Notes under the pieces: generated by a model
What the model was told of the DNA's origin: nothing
The model's database searches: none
Seen by the model: only the letters and a program-made list of their open reading frames with translations
Shown here: positions 58,701-64,000 of the stretch, in pieces
Layout of the letters: each line of letters opens with the position of its first letter
Numbering within the stretch: the stretch's first letter is position 1
DNA from: Eledone cirrhosa
Lineage: Eukaryota
DNA length: 64,000 nt
NCBI GenBank assembly: GCA_964016885.1
Contig: OZ024740.1
Span: 318,742,001-318,806,000 of the forward strand
Direction: 5' to 3'
Translations under genes and position numbers: made by a program

Positions 58701-61700
58701 ACTTACATTCTATCTGACATTGAAACGACTCTACCAATTCGATGTCTTTGTACTACAATACTCACAAAAAAATAATCCAGGATTGTATCGTCTTTTTCCA
58801 CAACTTACATTCTATCTGACATTCTAACGACTCTACCAATTCGCTGTATTTCTACTACAATACTAACTTCAATTAGTCCAGGATTGTCTCATCTATTTCC
58901 ACAACTTACATTCTATCTGATATTCGAACGACTCTACCAATTCGAAGTCTTTCTACTACAATACTCACAACAAACAATCCAGGATTGTTTCGTCTATTTC
59001 TACAACTTACATTCTATGTGACATTAAAACGACTCTATCAATTCGAAGTCTTTCTACTACAATACTAACGTCAAATAATCCAGGATTGTCTCGTCTATTT
59101 CCACAACTTACGTTCTATCTGACATTCTAACGACTCTACCAATTCGAATTCTTTATATTACAATACTCACAACAAATAATCCACGACTGCCTCGTCTATT
59201 TCCACAACTTACATTCTATCTGACATTCTAACGACTCTACCAATTCGATGTGTTTCTACTACAATACTCAAGACAAATAATCCAGGATTGTCTCGTCTAT
59301 TTTCACAACTTACATTCTATCTGACATTCTAACGACTCTACGAATTCGCTGTCTTTCTACTACAATGCTCACAAAAAATAATCCACGACTGTCTCGTCTA
59401 ATTCCACAACTTACATTCTATCTGACATTCTAACGACTCTACCAATTCGAAATCTTTCTACTTCAATACTCACAACAAACAATCCAGGATTGTCTCGTCT
59501 ATTTCTACAACTTACATTCTATGTGACATTCAAACGACTCTATCAATTCGAAGTCTTTCTACTACAATACTAACGTCAAATAATCCAGGATTGTCTCGTC
59601 TATTTCCACAACTTACGTTCTATCTGACATTCTAACGACTCTACCAATTCGAATTCTTTCTATTACAATACTCACAACAAATAATCCAGGATTGTCTCGT
59701 CTATTTCCACAACTTACATTCTATCTGACATTCTAACGACTCTACGTATTCGCTGTCTTTCTACTACAATGCTCACAACAAATAATCCACGACTGTCTCG
59801 TCTATTTCCAAAACTTACATTCAATCTGACATTCTAACGACTCTACCAATTCGAAATCTTTCTACTACAATACTCACAACAAACAATCCAGGATTGTCTC
59901 GTCTATTTCTACAATTTACATTCTATGTGACATTCAAACGACTCTATCAATTCGAAGTCTTTCTACAACAATACTAACGTAAAATAATCCAGGATTGTCT
60001 CGTCTATTTCCACAACTTACATTCTATCTGATATTCTAACCACTCTACCCATTCGCTGTATTTCTACTACAATACTAACTTCAAATAATCCAGGATTGTC
60101 TCGTCTACTTCCACAACTTACATTCTATGTGATATTCTAACGACTCTACCAATTCGAAGTCTTTCTACTACAATACTCACAACAAATAATCCATATTGTC
60201 TCGTCTATTTCCACAACTTACGTTCTATCTGACATTCTAACGACTCTACCAATTCGAATTCTTTATATTACAATACTCACAACAAATAATCCACGACTGT
60301 CTCGTCTATTTCCACAACTTACATTCTATCTGACATTCTAACGACTCTACCAATTCGATGTGTTTCTACTACAATACTCACGACAAACAATCCAGGATTG
60401 TCTCGTCTATTTCCACAACTTACATTCTATCTGACATTCTAACGACTCTACCAATTCGAAGTCTTTCTACTACAATACTAACTTTAAATAATCCAGGATT
60501 GTCTCGTCTATCTCCAGACCTTACATTCTATCTGACATTCTAACGACTCTACCAGTTCGCTGTATTTCAACTACAATACTAACTTCGAATAATCCAGGAT
60601 TGTCTCGTCTATTTCCACAACTTACATTCTATCTGATATTCTAACGACTCTACCCATTCGCTGTATTTCTACTACAATACTAACTTCAAATAATCCAGGA
60701 TTGTCTCGTCTACTTCCACAACTTACATTCTATGTGATATTCTAACGACTCTACCAATTCGAAATCTTTCTACTACAATACTCACAACAAATAATCCATA
60801 TTGTCTCGTCTATTTCCACAACTTACATTCTATCTGACATTCAAACGACTCTATCAATTCGAAGTCTTTCTACTACAATACTAACGTCAAATAATCCAGG
60901 ATTGTCTCGTCTATTTCCACAACTTACGTTCTATCTGACATTCTAACGACTCTACCAATTCGAATTCTTTATATTACAATACTCACAACAAATAATCCAC
61001 GACTGTCTCGTCTATTTCCTCAACTTACATTCTATCTGACATTGAAACGACTCTACCAATTCGATGTCTTTGTACTACAATACTCACAAAAAAATAATCC
61101 AGGATTGTATCGTCTTTTTCCACAACTTACATTCTATCTGACATTCTAACGACTCTACCAATTCGCTGTATTTCTACTACAATACTAACTTCAATTAGTC
61201 CAGGATTGTCTCATCTATTTCCACAACTTACATTCTATCTGATATTCGAACGACTCTACCAATTCGAAGTCTTTCTACTACAATACTCACAACAAACAAT
61301 CCAGGATTGTTTCGTCTATTTCTACAACTTACATTCTATGTGACATTAAAACGACTCTATCAATTCGAAGTCTTTCTACTACAATACTAACGTCAAATAA
61401 TCCAGGATTGTCTCGTCTATTTCCACAACTTACGTTCTATCTGACATTCTAACGACTCTACCAATTCGAATTCTTTATATTACAATACTCACAACAAATA
61501 ATCCACGACTGCCTCGTCTATTTCCACAACTTACATTCTATCTGACATTCTAACGACTCTACCAATTCGATGTGTTTCTACTACAATACTCAAGACAAAT
61601 AATCCAGGATTGTCTCGTCTATTTTCACAACTTACATTCTATCTGACATTCTAACGACTCTACGAATTCGCTGTCTTTCTACTACAATGCTCACAAAAAA

Positions 61701-62340
61701 TAATCCACGACTGTCTCGTCTAATTCCACAACTTACATTCTATCTGACATTCTAACGACTCTACCAATTCGAAATCTTTCTACTTCAATACTCACAACAA
61801 ACAATCCAGGATTGTCTCGTCTATTTCTACAACTTACATTCTATGTGACATTCAAACGACTCTATCAATTCGAAGTCTTTCTACTACAATACTAACGTCA
61901 AATAATCCAGGATTGTCTCGTCTATTTCCACAACTTACGTTCTATCTGACATTCTAACGACTCTACCAATTCGAATTCTTTCTATTACAATACTCACAAC
62001 AAATAATCCAGGATTGTCTCGTCTATTTCCACAACTTACATTCTATCTGACATTCTAACGACTCTACGTATTCGCTGTCTTTCTACTACAATGCTCACAA
62101 CAAATAATCCACGACTGTCTCGTCTATTTCCAAAACTTACATTCAATCTGACATTCTAACGACTCTACCAATTCGAAATCTTTCTACTACAATACTCACA
62201 ACAAACAATCCAGGATTGTCTCGTCTATTTCTACAATTTACATTCTATGTGACATTCAAACGACTCTATCAATTCGAAGTCTTTCTACAACAATACTAAC
62301 GTAAAATAATCCAGGATTGTCTCGTCTATTTCCACAACTT
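55765..62340 (+). repeat. 23-monomer (2322 bp) higher-order repeat, about 2.8 copies
   Basis: GATTGTTTCG at 56661/58983/61305 and TACGTATTCG at 57421/59743/62065. Identical ORF-track entries at 58036 and 60358. All offsets are 2322. Confidence 0.95.
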
Positions 62341-64000
62341 ACATTCTATGTGATATTCTAACGACTCTACCAATTCGAAGTCTTTCTACTACAATACTCA
62401 CAACAAATAATCCATATTGTCTCGTCTATTTCCACAACTTACGTTCTATCTGACATTCTAACGACTCTACCAATTCGAATTCTTTATATTACAATACTCA
62501 CAACAAATAATCCACGACTGTCTCGTCTATTTCCACAACTTACATTCTATCTGACATTCTAACGACTCTACCAATTCGATGTGTTTCTACTACAATACTC
62601 ACGACAAACAATCCAGGATTGTCTCGTCTATTTCCACAACTTACATTCTATCTGACATTGAAACGACTCTACCAATTCGATGTATTAGTACTACAATACT
62701 CACAAAAAAATAATCCAGGATTATATCGTCTTTTTCCACAACTTACATTCTATCTGACATTCTAACGACTCTACCAATTTGCTGTATTTCTACTACAATA
62801 CTAACTTCAATTAGTCCAGGATTGTCTCATCTATTTCCACAACTTACATTCTATCTGATATTCGAACGACTCTACCAATTCGAAGTCTTTCTACTACAAT
62901 ACTCACAACAAACAATCCAGGATTGTTTCGTCTATTTCTACAACTTACATTCTATGTGACATTAAAACGACTCTACCAATTCGAAGTTTTTCTACTACAA
63001 TACTTCCAACAAATAATCAAGGATTGTATCGTCTATTTCCACAACTTACATTCTATCTGACATTCTAACGACTCTACCAATTCGAATTCTTTATATTACA
63101 ATACTCACAACAAATAATCCACGACTGTCTCGTCTATTTCCACAACTTACATTCTATCTGACATTCTAACGACTCTACCAATTCGATGTGTTTCTACTAC
63201 AATACTCACGACAAATAATCCAGGATTGTCTCGTCTATTTCCACAACTTACATTCTATCTGACATTCTAACGACTCCACCAATTCGAAATCTTTCTACTA
63301 CAATACTCACAACAAACAATCCAGGATTGTCTCGTCTATCTATTTCTACAACTTACATTCTATGTGACATTCAAACGACTCTATCAATTTGAAGTCTTTC
63401 TACAACAATACTAACGTAAAATAATCCAGGATCGTCTCGTCTATTTCCACAACTTACAACCTATCTGACATTCTAACGACTCTACCAATTCGAAGTCTTT
63501 CTACTACAATACTAACAACAAATAATCTGGGATTGTCTCGTCTATTTCCACAACATACATTCTATCTGACATTCTAACGACTCTACCAATTCGAAGTTTT
63601 TCTACTACAATACTTCCAACAAATAATCAAGGATTGTATCGTCTATTTCCACAACTTACATTCTATCTGACATTCTAACGACTCTACCCATTCGCTGTAT
63701 TTCTACTACAATACTAACTTCAAATAATCCAGGATTGTCTCCTCTATTTCCACAACTTACATTCTATGTCACAATCTAACGAGTCTACCAATTCGCTGTG
63801 TTTCTACTACAATACTCACAACAAATAAACCAGGATTGTCTCGTCTATTTCCACAACTTACATTATATCTGACATACTAACGACTCTACGAATTCGAAGT
63901 CTTTCTACTACAATACTAACTTTAAACTATCCAGGATTGTCTCCTCTATTTCCACAACTTACATTCTATCTGACATTCAAACGACTCTACCAATTCGCTG

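Larger units (their letters stand above)
1..64000 (+). repeat. Tandem satellite DNA array, 101 bp monomer, about 630 head-to-tail copies, running off both ends of the window
   Basis: ATCCAGG occurs at 3 and 104 (period 101), and the same monomer continues in one orientation to the end of the window. All marker spacings I measured are within 2 bp of a multiple of 101. No non-repeat sequence seen. Confidence 0.99.

Noticed and set aside
27639-60543. Six short ORFs (60-79 aa) in the ORF track
   Set aside because: They are translations of about two satellite monomers where a stop codon happens to be mutated. The 101 bp period shifts frame every copy, stops recur regularly, and the two identical ORFs simply reflect the 2322 bp HOR.
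1-64000. CRISPR-like array (regular repeat with a short palindrome)
   Set aside because: There are no unique spacers: the entire 101 bp is repeated. No cas genes or leader sequence are present.
1-64000. Tandem RNA gene cluster (5S rRNA, tRNA, snRNA, spliced leader)
   Set aside because: No recognisable conserved RNA sequence or A/B/C boxes, and the strong C/G imbalance leaves little scope for extended stems. An Rfam search was not possible.
1-64000. Giant repetitive protein gene (mucin-like Ser/Thr-rich frame)
   Set aside because: The unit length is not a multiple of 3, frameshifting 100 and 102 bp monomers are common, and the ORF track shows nothing longer than 79 aa.
1-64000. Telomeric repeat, transposon insertion or array inversion
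   Set aside because: No short telomere motif run, terminal repeats, foreign sequence or reverse-orientation monomers were seen on reading through.

Overview
The whole 64 kb window is one uninterrupted, head-to-tail tandem satellite array in a single orientation. The monomer is 101 bp (consensus read by eye: AAATAATCCAGGATTGTCTCGTCTATTTCCACAACTTACATTCTATCTGACATTCTAACGACTCTACCAATTCGAAGTCTTTCTACTACAATACTCACAAC; about 36% GC, 28 C vs 8 G on the + strand), giving about 630 copies. I see no genes, RNA genes, transposons, inversions or unique spacers. The six listed ORFs are chance read-throughs of the repeat. The structure of interest is at higher order. The array is a patchwork of local, in-register higher-order repeats (HORs) of 1, 4, 5, 10, 10, 14, 16, 21, 22 and 23 monomers, located from the spacing of rare variants, and the variant content turns over from left to right. 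Within the monomer there is a dyad AATCC-A-GGATT that some variants extend to 15 and 19 bp, a roughly 10 bp phasing of TCTA-like words, and multi-base variant blocks that reassort between monomers. This most resembles eukaryotic centromeric or pericentromeric satellite (inference). I do not recognise the family or organism. Block boundaries were read by eye and are approximate.
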